Source: a virus. From it: a stretch of 64,000 nucleotides of DNA. The notes below the pieces were generated by a model. The model was not told the origin of the DNA. It saw nothing but the letters and a program-made list of their open reading frames with translations, and searched no databases. Position numbers and translations under genes: made by a program. Of the stretch, positions 30,188 to 38,828 are shown piece after piece; within the stretch, counting starts at the first letter, position 1; every line of letters begins with the position of its first letter. Location: positions 9,371 to 73,370 of the IMG/VR virus record IMGVR_UViG_3300027887_000463; one strand, 5' to 3'.

Positions 30188-30419
30188 AGAAAGCGCCCTT
30201 ATCCCGTCCGGAATCGGCGCATTTACGGTGAGTATTGTAACGCAAAACGGGGTGGATCCGGCCGAAGTAACAGGACACATTGAAATTCTTGGCGGAGACG
30301 GTAATGTTATGCGCACTCTCCACCTGGGGCTAATACCCCATCTTACGGGTGGTCAAATCTCCACAATACAGACGTTTATGGACAATTTGCGGAGTAAGGC
30401 CATAAACGAGATACTTTAG
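30174..30419 (+). CDS. Small hypothetical protein (81 aa)
   Basis: Strong RBS AGGAGGAAACG before ATG; same GC-elevated segment as the glycosyltransferase. Confidence 0.4.
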   Translation: MAFNKESALIPSGIGAFTVSIVTQNGVDPAEVTGHIEILGGDGNVMRTLHLGLIPHLTGGQISTIQTFMDNLRSKAINEIL

Positions 30420-30422
30420 TGC

Positions 30423-30451
30423 TTGATACTTTTATATTTTTTTAGTATAAT
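30423..30451 (+). promoter_or_regulatory. Near-consensus sigma-70 promoter TTGATA-N17-TATAAT
   Basis: TTGATA 30423-30428, 17-nt AT-rich spacer, TATAAT 30446-30451, about 30 nt upstream of ATG 30481. Confidence 0.6.
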
Positions 30452-30480
30452 AAGATACCAATTAACCAATACAGGTAACC

Positions 30481-30870
30481 ATGAAATACTTTCAAATTTT
30501 AGAGGTCAAAAATGCGCTCACTGAATTAGGCAAAGAGCGTCTTCCAATTGCATATGAAGTAGCAAAGAACATTCGTCTATGTAATAAGGTCATTGAAGAA
30601 ACAGCTGAATTATCAAGAGAAATGTTTGAAAAATTTGCGGATAAGGATAAGGATGGCAAGCCAGTTCAGGTGCCAGATGAAAACAATCAGGGTCAGATGA
30701 CCATGAAGATTACAGATCCAGCAAATCTACTTTCATATCAAGAGGAAATCGGAAAGATCTTAAACGCAGATCATGATATGGAATTTGTCAAGATTCCCAA
30801 GGTTCGTATTCAAAGTGAAAAATTAACGGCAACAACCATCGTACCGTTAATTGATATTGTTATCGAATAA
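30481..30870 (+). CDS. Hypothetical protein (129 aa)
   Basis: ORF downstream of consensus promoter. Confidence 0.5.
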   Translation: MKYFQILEVKNALTELGKERLPIAYEVAKNIRLCNKVIEETAELSREMFEKFADKDKDGKPVQVPDENNQGQMTMKITDPANLLSYQEEIGKILNADHDMEFVKIPKVRIQSEKLTATTIVPLIDIVIE

Positions 30871-30881
30871 GGGTAATTGAA

Positions 30882-31649
30882 ATGGTAAAGGGAAAGAAAA
30901 GAGCAGGTAAGCGAACATCGCCCCCAGTAGGTTTTGGATGTGACGAAGTTGAACAATACCTGGATAGAGCTATTGAAGAAGTTAAAAAAGAAATATTGCC
31001 TAAAATCACTGCGATCGACCAGCGGGATAAAGAACAGTATGAAAATGCCAGAGACTATCTAACCAAATCTTTCGAGAGTTTAGTAGAACGCAATGCCAAA
31101 GTAGAGCATACAATTACTCATGTAGGCAAAGAGTTAGAAGAAATTTATGAGGATCGAAAGAAGATGGTCGCAGAATTAACTGATATGTTCCATAATTTAA
31201 CTGGTGTTCTGCATAAACATATTACAGATGAGACCGCAGAATTTAAGGAGATTAGTGTTAGACAAGAAGCCATGAAGGATACTATAACTACTGTTCAGGA
31301 TACACTTAATACTGTATCCGCAAATGGTAACAAGGGTCTTCATGCTTCCTTAAAAGATTTGTATAATAAGAATAACGAAGTTCATACAGAAATTGTGGGA
31401 TTAAAAGATGATATCAAATCCTTTAGAGATCTGGTACAACCAGAACTTGATCGTAAGGCTTGGTGGATCTCCACAAAGAAAATGATGAAAACTTCTGCGC
31501 TATTTAAGATGTTAACAACCAAGGGTGGGATAGTTATTTTTATTTTTATCGGATGGCTATTAGCTAACATTATTCTTCATCCATTCGGTATTAATTTAGG
31601 ACTAGCAACACTCTTAAATCTATTAGGGTATGCGGTAGGGCCACAGTAA
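30882..31649 (+). CDS. Coiled-coil protein with two C-terminal TM helices (255 aa); possible lysis/membrane-anchored protein
   Basis: Basic N-terminus, long coiled-coil segment, C-terminal hydrophobic IVIFIFIGWLLANIIL and LGLATLLNLLGYAV. Confidence 0.4.
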   Translation: MVKGKKRAGKRTSPPVGFGCDEVEQYLDRAIEEVKKEILPKITAIDQRDKEQYENARDYLTKSFESLVERNAKVEHTITHVGKELEEIYEDRKKMVAELTDMFHNLTGVLHKHITDETAEFKEISVRQEAMKDTITTVQDTLNTVSANGNKGLHASLKDLYNKNNEVHTEIVGLKDDIKSFRDLVQPELDRKAWWISTKKMMKTSALFKMLTTKGGIVIFIFIGWLLANIILHPFGINLGLATLLNLLGYAVGPQ

Positions 31650-31659
31650 GGTATAAACT

Positions 31660-32043
31660 ATGAGCAAGGTTGGACAATGGATTGGTACACAGTGGACCTG
31701 GTTTAAATTGATCTTTGCAGATGACGACGAGCGTGCTTCTGTACACGATGCTCCGACCATGAAGAATTTTATCTTGTTTATTCTTCTAATATTATTCTGT
31801 ATAGCATACATAAAAGTTATTTACTTAACAGAATTTACTGTAAAGGCTGATATAAAAGATCCTAATAAAACAACAGTAGTAGTACAAGTTCCAGACATCC
31901 CCTCAGGATGGTCTACCGTTTTCATGGTTGGCTTGGGAGCTATGGCTGCCTTATCAGGAGCCAAGAAGATAGCCGAATTTAAATACACTGCCACCAATGG
32001 AGCCGGGGATGGAATGCCAGATGAAAAAACTAAAACACCGTAA
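31660..32043 (+). CDS. Single-pass membrane protein (127 aa)
   Basis: TM helix FILFILLILFCIAYIKVIYL. Confidence 0.4.
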   Translation: MSKVGQWIGTQWTWFKLIFADDDERASVHDAPTMKNFILFILLILFCIAYIKVIYLTEFTVKADIKDPNKTTVVVQVPDIPSGWSTVFMVGLGAMAALSGAKKIAEFKYTATNGAGDGMPDEKTKTP

Positions 32044-32117
32044 AAGGTATAATGCCGAAAGCCTAAAGCGGGTAAATTTAAGTCAATAGAATAACAAACT
32101 GTTTAAAGGAAGGAACA

Positions 32118-33179
32118 ATGAAAAAGTTTGCAGGGATATCATATGACGTCACAGATCTTTTATCCGATGGGAGAATAGAGTATCTCGTTTCTCTTACGAA
32201 GAATGATCCTGATGACCTAATTAAGAATGCCCACATCCCATCAAAGGATGAAGTTGAAGCCATGCCATCCGAGGACTTCGCGGTAGTTCTCTATCATGGT
32301 CAAACGGGATTCTTGAAAAAATTCGCATGCCATGATAAGTATGTTACAAAACTTAACCTAAAGATTCTTCAAGACACACACCAGCATTACCCCGACGAGA
32401 TTTCAAAGACCGCCGCATTCTATTTAGCGAAAGCTGCAAAGCACTTTCGTCTAGAAGTACCGGAAGGTTTAAGGAAGCTCGCTGAAGGTAAACACGTTAC
32501 AAATATTGTAGATCTTGATGAAATCGACCGCACACAATGGCACAAAAAACATGCCTCTCAAATCAAGATTGCTGAACCAAAAGAGTTCGCTCTCCCAGAC
32601 TCGAGAAAATACCCCATCGATACAGATACTCTTACCAAAACTGCTGTCCAATACTTTGAGAAAAATGCTATGAAGTTGTCTCCAAAAGACGCCATGACAT
32701 ATGCACTCAATGTGAAGAAAGCGGCTAAGAGGTTTAGTATTGATACTGAGGGCACTCGTATTGAGAAGTATGCTTCTCTGACGGCATCACGTTTTAATGA
32801 TGATTATAGAGAACATATTCGTTCAAGAAAAATATGGGTTACCGAAGATAACCGAGAAGTTTATGATGAATTAGCACAACGTGCAGAAGAACTGGGCGTT
32901 ATAAAAACTGCCGAAGTTCTTGAGCAAGTCGATAGAAAGTTCGGAGTATTTCATGAATGGGGACATGATGTTGTTGATCCCTATTTGTCAGTTCTCGGAA
33001 TTAAGAAAGAAGCCGCATGTTCACATAAAGGAAAGAAGATTAAAGCCTCTATGCTGAAGAAAGCTGCTGAAGGAATTGTGGATCCTACTACTCTTAGAGA
33101 GTTAGAAGGGCCTGAAGCGATCGATATATTCGAATCGCTACCAACACCTATTAAAGACAAGATTGCCAAAAATATATAA
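32118..33179 (+). CDS. Hypothetical protein (353 aa)
   Basis: RBS AAGGAAGG; charged, helical ORF. Confidence 0.5.
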   Translation: MKKFAGISYDVTDLLSDGRIEYLVSLTKNDPDDLIKNAHIPSKDEVEAMPSEDFAVVLYHGQTGFLKKFACHDKYVTKLNLKILQDTHQHYPDEISKTAAFYLAKAAKHFRLEVPEGLRKLAEGKHVTNIVDLDEIDRTQWHKKHASQIKIAEPKEFALPDSRKYPIDTDTLTKTAVQYFEKNAMKLSPKDAMTYALNVKKAAKRFSIDTEGTRIEKYASLTASRFNDDYREHIRSRKIWVTEDNREVYDELAQRAEELGVIKTAEVLEQVDRKFGVFHEWGHDVVDPYLSVLGIKKEAACSHKGKKIKASMLKKAAEGIVDPTTLRELEGPEAIDIFESLPTPIKDKIAKNI

Positions 33180-33685
33180 TGCTGAATCCAGAACTTAAAG
33201 CTCTTATAACGAGCCAAGAAGATATCCTCGAACCAGAAACAATTAGACAGTTCGAACCTGACATGAGCGAAGAGGACGTCAATCAAGTATTGGCGTTAGC
33301 TACTCTTCATAAGTCTCGTGTATTTTGGGAAAACTATAACTCCTTCGAGGATATTGTACAAGCACTCAACGGGATGGTTCCAAATCCCACAGTGCTTCAA
33401 GGTACAACACCAGAACAAATTTGGTATGCTCTGGAGATTGCGCATGAGTTACTCCCCGAACGTGAATTCGCTCCTGAAGTATTGAAATACATTGAGTTCA
33501 TGTTTAATGAGAATGGAGTATTTATTTATCCGTCATATCTCCCGATCGATAACCCTTATTTTTCTAGGGCTGTTTACCTTGCTGAGAATGGTCCGTTTCC
33601 CCTCGGAGAAACTACTGAGGAGATACAAGCCGCTCAATACTTAGCTATACAAGAATATCTAAAGGCCAAGAACCAGGAGAAGTAA
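33179..33685 (+). CDS. Hypothetical protein (168 aa)
   Basis: ATGC overlap/coupled ORF. Confidence 0.45.
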   Translation: MLNPELKALITSQEDILEPETIRQFEPDMSEEDVNQVLALATLHKSRVFWENYNSFEDIVQALNGMVPNPTVLQGTTPEQIWYALEIAHELLPEREFAPEVLKYIEFMFNENGVFIYPSYLPIDNPYFSRAVYLAENGPFPLGETTEEIQAAQYLAIQEYLKAKNQEK

Positions 33686-33686
33686 A

Positions 33687-35675
33687 ATGCCATCCTTACC
33701 ATATGACGGTACTGCTATAACAGCATCAGATGCTACCATAGCTACCTACTCAAGATTACAATACCCAAATCCGTTTTTCGATCTTTCAAGACATTACTTT
33801 CCGAAGACCGTTAAAACGCTTTTCAAGTATTGTCGTATCTTTTTCTATCAGAATGAGTTCATTCATAATGTTATTACAAAGTTAGCAGAGTATCCAGTCA
33901 CCGATTTTCTCTATGAAGGTCTGGACGATAAAGAGGTTCGTAATAACTATAAAGAACTCATCGATCATCATCTCAATTTAAAATCATTCCTTATTGAAGT
34001 CGGATTAGACTACTTTACATACGGTAACTGTATTGTTTCTGCCAATATGAAATTCAAACGGTTTCTACAGTGCCCCGCGTGTAATGAAATGCAGCCGGCA
34101 GAAAATGTAACATTTAAATGGGTTAACTATACCTTCCAGGGCAAATGCGAAAAATGCGGTGCCCAGAGTGTTACGTTTAAAATGGTTGATAAGTATCTTA
34201 AAAGCCCAAGATTCCTTAAATTCATTCGTTGGGCACCAGAAAACATCAACATAGATTATGATGATCTTACAGGAGAAGCACGTTACTTCTATACAATGAA
34301 TGATAAAACGAACAAAGCTATTCGTGAAGGAAAGCCTGAAATTCTTGTTCGCGTTCCGAAGATATTCATTGATGCTATAAAGAGCAATAAGAAAATTGAA
34401 CTGGATCCACACAATCTTTTCCATCTAAAGAGACCCACCCTGGCAGAAGAAGATCAGGGTTGGGGTAAACCGCTTCTACTTCCCACCATGAAGATGCTGT
34501 GGTATATGCAGACACTTCGTAGAGGAAACGAAGCTATCGTAGCAGACCATTTAATCCCTAATAGGGCAGTATTCCCATCAGCACAAGGTAACTTAGACCC
34601 ATTCACACAGTTGAACATGGGACAGTGGCGTTCCAATGTAGAGGATCAGATTCTTAAGTGGAGGCGTGATCCTAATGCCATTGGCATATTCCCTATTCCA
34701 ATTGGTTATCAATCACTTGGTGGAGATGCTCGTGTTCTAATGGTAACACCCGAACTAAAGTACCTAGAAGAATCTATTATCAATGCACTCGGCGTGCCTA
34801 TCGAATTTATCAAAGGTGGTTCGACATGGACTAGCTCTTCGGTATCCCTGCGTATTGTAGAAAATCACTTCCTTACCTACAGAGAAGAGCTTGATAAATT
34901 CATCAATTATTTTATTGTACCAAAGATAAGATACTTCTTAGGATATCCGCCTGTGGTCCTCAGATTAAAGAAATTTAAGATGATGGATGATGCACAGACC
35001 AAGGAAATTCTACTTCAAATGGCTCAGTTAGGCAAGATATCTGATACAACGCTACATGCAGAACTAGGCCTGGATTCGCAAGAAGAGATGCAGAATAAGC
35101 GTCAAGAAGCAAAGGTTCAAACAGATGTACAAACACAATTAATGCTAGCCCAAGCCGATGCCCAGGGCAAGGCTGCTGTACAAGGCGCTCGCTATCAAAT
35201 GCGTGCCCAGTATGAAGCGATGGAAGAAAATGCCCGGCTTAAAGAACATAAATTCTCGGCAGAATTGGTTCAAGAATTACAGCTTACAGATGTGGACCCC
35301 TCAGACTTCCTAGAGAAGCAGTCTATAATGATGGATGGTCTGGAGCCGGAGAAGCAACAGCAACTTCTTATGATCTATCAAACTAAGGCTCCTATCGCTT
35401 TTGGATTCTTAATGAAACGTTTACAGGGGCTTGCAGGAGTAGATCCAGCCGCTGTTGCTCAGCAACAGATGGAAATGGAAGGTATGAAACAGCAAGATAA
35501 GATGCAACAGAAACAACATGACCGTGATATGGAAAGATCTAAGGTCGATGAAAAGAAAGCTAAATCTGACCATGAACGCAAGGTAGAAGGTGCCGCTGTT
35601 GATATGGCAAAGAAAGAACATGCTGCTCAGTTACAAAAAGATAATCCAAAAGAGGAAAAGAAGGAGAAGAAATAA
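33687..35675 (+). CDS. Hypothetical protein with zinc ribbon and C-terminal Q/E/K-rich coiled coil (662 aa); possibly portal
   Basis: CPACN...CEKCG zinc ribbon; portal assignment is only by size and the coiled-coil tail. Confidence 0.25.
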   Translation: MPSLPYDGTAITASDATIATYSRLQYPNPFFDLSRHYFPKTVKTLFKYCRIFFYQNEFIHNVITKLAEYPVTDFLYEGLDDKEVRNNYKELIDHHLNLKSFLIEVGLDYFTYGNCIVSANMKFKRFLQCPACNEMQPAENVTFKWVNYTFQGKCEKCGAQSVTFKMVDKYLKSPRFLKFIRWAPENINIDYDDLTGEARYFYTMNDKTNKAIREGKPEILVRVPKIFIDAIKSNKKIELDPHNLFHLKRPTLAEEDQGWGKPLLLPTMKMLWYMQTLRRGNEAIVADHLIPNRAVFPSAQGNLDPFTQLNMGQWRSNVEDQILKWRRDPNAIGIFPIPIGYQSLGGDARVLMVTPELKYLEESIINALGVPIEFIKGGSTWTSSSVSLRIVENHFLTYREELDKFINYFIVPKIRYFLGYPPVVLRLKKFKMMDDAQTKEILLQMAQLGKISDTTLHAELGLDSQEEMQNKRQEAKVQTDVQTQLMLAQADAQGKAAVQGARYQMRAQYEAMEENARLKEHKFSAELVQELQLTDVDPSDFLEKQSIMMDGLEPEKQQQLLMIYQTKAPIAFGFLMKRLQGLAGVDPAAVAQQQMEMEGMKQQDKMQQKQHDRDMERSKVDEKKAKSDHERKVEGAAVDMAKKEHAAQLQKDNPKEEKKEKK

Positions 35676-35878
35676 TGGAAAAATATGGGGTATTAAAAGA
35701 GATTGAAGTACAAGGGGTACGCTTCTCCGTTCCTCTGAACGCAACTGAAGAAGAGATAGTAAAAGAAGCTTCTCGTCATGGAGTAGAGATGGAGAAAATA
35801 GCATACTGGAAGGAGATTACCGATGGAGGAGAGAAAAGTAGCCACGTTCGATCTGAGCAACATCCAGGAGAAAACTGA
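35675..35878 (+). CDS. Small hypothetical protein (67 aa)
   Basis: RBS AGGAGA; start overlaps previous stop. Confidence 0.35.
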   Translation: MEKYGVLKEIEVQGVRFSVPLNATEEEIVKEASRHGVEMEKIAYWKEITDGGEKSSHVRSEQHPGEN

Positions 35879-35983
35879 GTATGAACGGATCCTCAATAAG
35901 TATTCGATCATCAAAGAAGAGTTCGGATATATGAGAGATGGGACACCTAAGGTGACTGTCTGGTATGTTGTGGAAGATGAGTA
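35824..35983 (+). CDS. Small overlapping ORF (53 aa) in an alternative frame with strong SD (AAGGAG-N7-ATG)
   Basis: MEERKVATFDLSNIQEKTEYERILNKYSIIKEEFGYMRDGTPKVTVWYVVEDE; ends immediately before the terminator. Confidence 0.35.
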
Positions 35984-35990
35984 ATAAAAA

Positions 35991-36018
35991 AGGGCCTGAT
36001 TTCAGGCCCTTTCTTTTT
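35991..36018. terminator. Bidirectional rho-independent terminator between convergent genes
   Basis: AAAAAA-GGGCCTGA-TT-TCAGGCCC-TTTCTTTTT. Confidence 0.75.
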
Positions 36019-36394
36019 AGGAGATTGGTTTTTTATTATTTGGCAGATAATGAATAACCGTTGAGAGATATAGAACTATAGGAATTACATACCAGAACCA
36101 CATTAATGAGGATGTGTATATTATAAACAATAAAGCATAGCTCGCTATTCGAGCGCTAATAAGATGTAATAAACTAGTTAGACCCACCTCAGGCAACATT
36201 GTATATTGTAGAAGAAGCTGTCCAACAAAAGAATCATATTCAAATTCCTTCTCACCAATCAATTTTTTAAATAGTACGATAGCTATAACTAGTTCCGTTA
36301 CTATGCCAGTAATACATGCGGTTAGAAGATCCAGACGTATTACATAAGCTACAAGAGCTAATATGCCACTATATGGAATCCGTATCTTAAGCAT
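36017..36394 (-). CDS. Multi-pass membrane protein (125 aa)
   Basis: Three to four hydrophobic helices. Confidence 0.45.
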   Translation of the reverse strand: MLKIRIPYSGILALVAYVIRLDLLTACITGIVTELVIAIVLFKKLIGEKEFEYDSFVGQLLLQYTMLPEVGLTSLLHLISARIASYALLFIIYTSSLMWFWYVIPIVLYLSTVIHYLPNNKKPIS

Positions 36395-37685
36395 ACTCCT
36401 TCAGCCATCCAACCATTTTCTCGCGCTTATCTTCCCATAGAAAGTTTTTATAGACACGATCAATGGCCGCCTCATTGGCGACTCGTTTTTTACCGTTGGC
36501 CACCCACTTTTGATATTCTTTTTCGAGTGCTTCGACAAATAGTCTGGTGTCTACTAGTGGTCGCATATGACCATTATCCATAGCGATATTAATGTGGGCA
36601 CGATTAGGAATAATGTGTCCTGTATCTCCAAGCATTTCCGGAATAGCAGAATTCTTGGGAGCTATAGATGTAGTTCCTACTGCAGCTGACTCAATGAGAG
36701 AAAGGCCTACTCCTTCTCCAAGCGTTGTACTTAGATTCACATCAGCGATATTATAAAGAATATTGAGCTCTTCATCTGTAATAGGATTAGCATAAACATT
36801 GCCAGCAAAAGCAGCAATGACCTTATTAACATCAGAATTCTCAAACCCGGCATTCATCATATGTGCTTGTAGGATATTTGCTCTGCCAGGACCCATCATA
36901 CGCTCTTGTGTATTACAGTGAAGATATAACATAACATCTTCGTGCCCCGGATGTTCCTCAATAGCATCGGAGGTTGGACAATCATTAAGATCACAATGAG
37001 GTCTACTTGCTAGATAGGTATTTCCGCACTTACATACTTTATATCCTTTGGAGAATAGGGCCCATGCCCGTAAAGCACCTGGTAGGTGTTTACGTGGTTG
37101 GAATCTATTGTTAGAGATTGCTAGGAATTTTTCATCCCATCCCTTATCTTTCCTTAATTGATATGTAGCTGCGGCAGGAAGCGGGAAAAATACATCTGTA
37201 TTTACTCCATGATATAAATGATCAATATGAACTTTTTCTAGTTCCGGAATAGCTTCTTTAATAACACGAACGCCCCATTCAGTGTAAGTAATTAGCTTAT
37301 TGAGTTGGAGTAACGTATTGCCCCAAGTTCTAGATACCGGGGTACCGTCGATAGGAAAATAAGCTACGATAGGAACCTTATCGTTCCACTTTTTGATAGT
37401 AGGAAGAATAAAATCGATGTTGAAAACATCTTGGAAGAGAAGGATAACATCTGGATTCCAGTCAGGTAGTACTCGATGCATGCGGTCGAGTCCTAGAAGA
37501 TCTTGGAGATCAACAGGATAGATAAAATACTTCGATGTATCATATCTATGGATACCGTAATAGTTAACACCAAGGATGGCTACTTCGAAGTCTTTGTGGA
37601 GATCTCTAAAAAGGTTTTCGGCAACTATACCGAAGCCCGTTTTTACAGTTGGTGAGTCGCACCAGATCAGTAATCTTTTTTTCAC
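36387..37685 (-). CDS. Glycosyltransferase family 1 (GT-B) with internal Cys4 zinc-ribbon insertion
   Basis: GEGVGLSLIESAAVGTTSIAPKNSAIPEML matches the GT4 EX7E region; CKCGNTYLASRPHCDLNDCP. Confidence 0.6.
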   Translation of the reverse strand: MKKRLLIWCDSPTVKTGFGIVAENLFRDLHKDFEVAILGVNYYGIHRYDTSKYFIYPVDLQDLLGLDRMHRVLPDWNPDVILLFQDVFNIDFILPTIKKWNDKVPIVAYFPIDGTPVSRTWGNTLLQLNKLITYTEWGVRVIKEAIPELEKVHIDHLYHGVNTDVFFPLPAAATYQLRKDKGWDEKFLAISNNRFQPRKHLPGALRAWALFSKGYKVCKCGNTYLASRPHCDLNDCPTSDAIEEHPGHEDVMLYLHCNTQERMMGPGRANILQAHMMNAGFENSDVNKVIAAFAGNVYANPITDEELNILYNIADVNLSTTLGEGVGLSLIESAAVGTTSIAPKNSAIPEMLGDTGHIIPNRAHINIAMDNGHMRPLVDTRLFVEALEKEYQKWVANGKKRVANEAAIDRVYKNFLWEDKREKMVGWLKEYA

Positions 37686-37821
37686 ACGTGTGTATTGGTT
37701 AGTGATTTTGACACCCTTAGTATACGAAAAAAATCTGACAAAATCAAGTTTTGGCCCGGAAAAAGTCGATTTGGCAACATTTAATTTCCGATTTTTTTAG
37801 GCCTATTTAGCGCCCTTAAGG

Positions 37822-37853
37822 TAAAAAAAATAAAAGGGGGATTTCTCCCCCTT
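37822..37853 (-). terminator. Rho-independent terminator after the lipoprotein gene
   Basis: Minus strand: GGGGGA-GAAA-TCCCCC stem with GNRA loop followed by TTTTATTTTTTTT. Confidence 0.65.
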
Positions 37854-37855
37854 AT

Positions 37856-38206
37856 CTATTGCCACGAAGTTGACACAGACACGACACACGTATCGATTGG
37901 CTGATCTCGGCGCCATTGGATCATATCCTCTTCACCTGGCCAAAGGTCCTCACCTTCGAGGGTAACGGTTGTATCTGCATAGCCAAGAAAGAAGGTTACC
38001 CGAACATTTGGGGCTACGGCATCTCCGACGTTCTTATATCGAACGTAGCAACCCCAGTTCAGACCATCCTGGAACACCTCACCCGAATTCCACGTCCCGT
38101 CGTCAGTGATCAGCAGAATGGGGCCGAGTTCATCGGAAGCTTCCGTACCGAGATCAGAACAACCGACCACGAACAGAGCGAGCACAAACAACACGACGTA
38201 TTTCAT
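37856..38206 (-). CDS. Phage-encoded lipoprotein (116 aa); candidate superinfection-exclusion-type protein
   Basis: Signal peptide plus lipobox LFVVGC|SD. Confidence 0.55.
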   Translation of the reverse strand: MKYVVLFVLALFVVGCSDLGTEASDELGPILLITDDGTWNSGEVFQDGLNWGCYVRYKNVGDAVAPNVRVTFFLGYADTTVTLEGEDLWPGEEDMIQWRRDQPIDTCVVSVSTSWQ

Positions 38207-38390
38207 TGTTTCCCCTTTTCTAGTAGTTTCTGTATCTCCACCACCAACCGGTGAATTTGTCCCACTTATCGAACAGCCACCACCAGAGCCTTAACATACG
38301 AATTTGAATGAACCAAGGGAATTGCATAGGTCTCCTATTGGTTGGTCATTATCTTATACCATATTGAGAGGGTAAAAAAATGCAAGACGA

Positions 38391-38780
38391 TTATGCACTT
38401 TTAGTATAGTCTAAAATTCTTTGGCACTGCTCAAGAAACTGTTCCCGTGTTTTATCCAATTTCATTGTATTACAAAGTGGGCAACACGGGACAACATTAT
38501 CGATGGTATATCCTTTTGAAGAGTCAACTCTATCTAATCCATTGCGTATATTTAATAGCCCACAATAGTTGCATTTTTGTTTTATGAAACCTTCAAATTG
38601 GGCTAATGTTATAGTAAAGGCAAATTTACGCTTTTTTGATCTACGTTCATACATTTTATATAGATAGTATGGATCATCTTTTTTTGTTTTTCTGTATGCC
38701 TTTTTCCTTGCAATATCGTATTCGTGATTCTCTTCTCTCCATCTTTTTGTTCTAACCTGATTTTTTTCTCTGCTAGTCAC
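38391..38780 (-). CDS. HNH-family endonuclease (129 aa)
   Basis: CNYCG...LDRVDSSKGYTIDNVVPCCPLCNTMK: zinc-binding CxxC...CxxC around an HNH core (the first His is replaced by Arg). Confidence 0.5.
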   Translation of the reverse strand: MTSREKNQVRTKRWREENHEYDIARKKAYRKTKKDDPYYLYKMYERRSKKRKFAFTITLAQFEGFIKQKCNYCGLLNIRNGLDRVDSSKGYTIDNVVPCCPLCNTMKLDKTREQFLEQCQRILDYTKSA

Positions 38781-38805
38781 ATAAAAATATTGGTTAAAGA
38801 AACAA

Positions 38806-38823
38806 GGGGAGATTGCTCTCCCC
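38806..38823 (-). terminator. Putative terminator hairpin after the 294-aa gene
   Basis: GGGGAGAG-CAAT-CTCCCC on the minus strand followed by a T-rich stretch. Confidence 0.4.
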
Positions 38824-38828
38824 CTATT

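Noticed and set aside
33687-35675. Confident portal-protein call
   Set aside because: No diagnostic portal motif recognised by eye; kept as a low-confidence possibility only
38207-38390. Terminator after the HNH gene and a promoter for the lipoprotein gene
   Set aside because: Only a weak 4-5 bp stem with a T-run, and a TGgTATAAG extended -10 without a -35 at proper spacing; too weak to call
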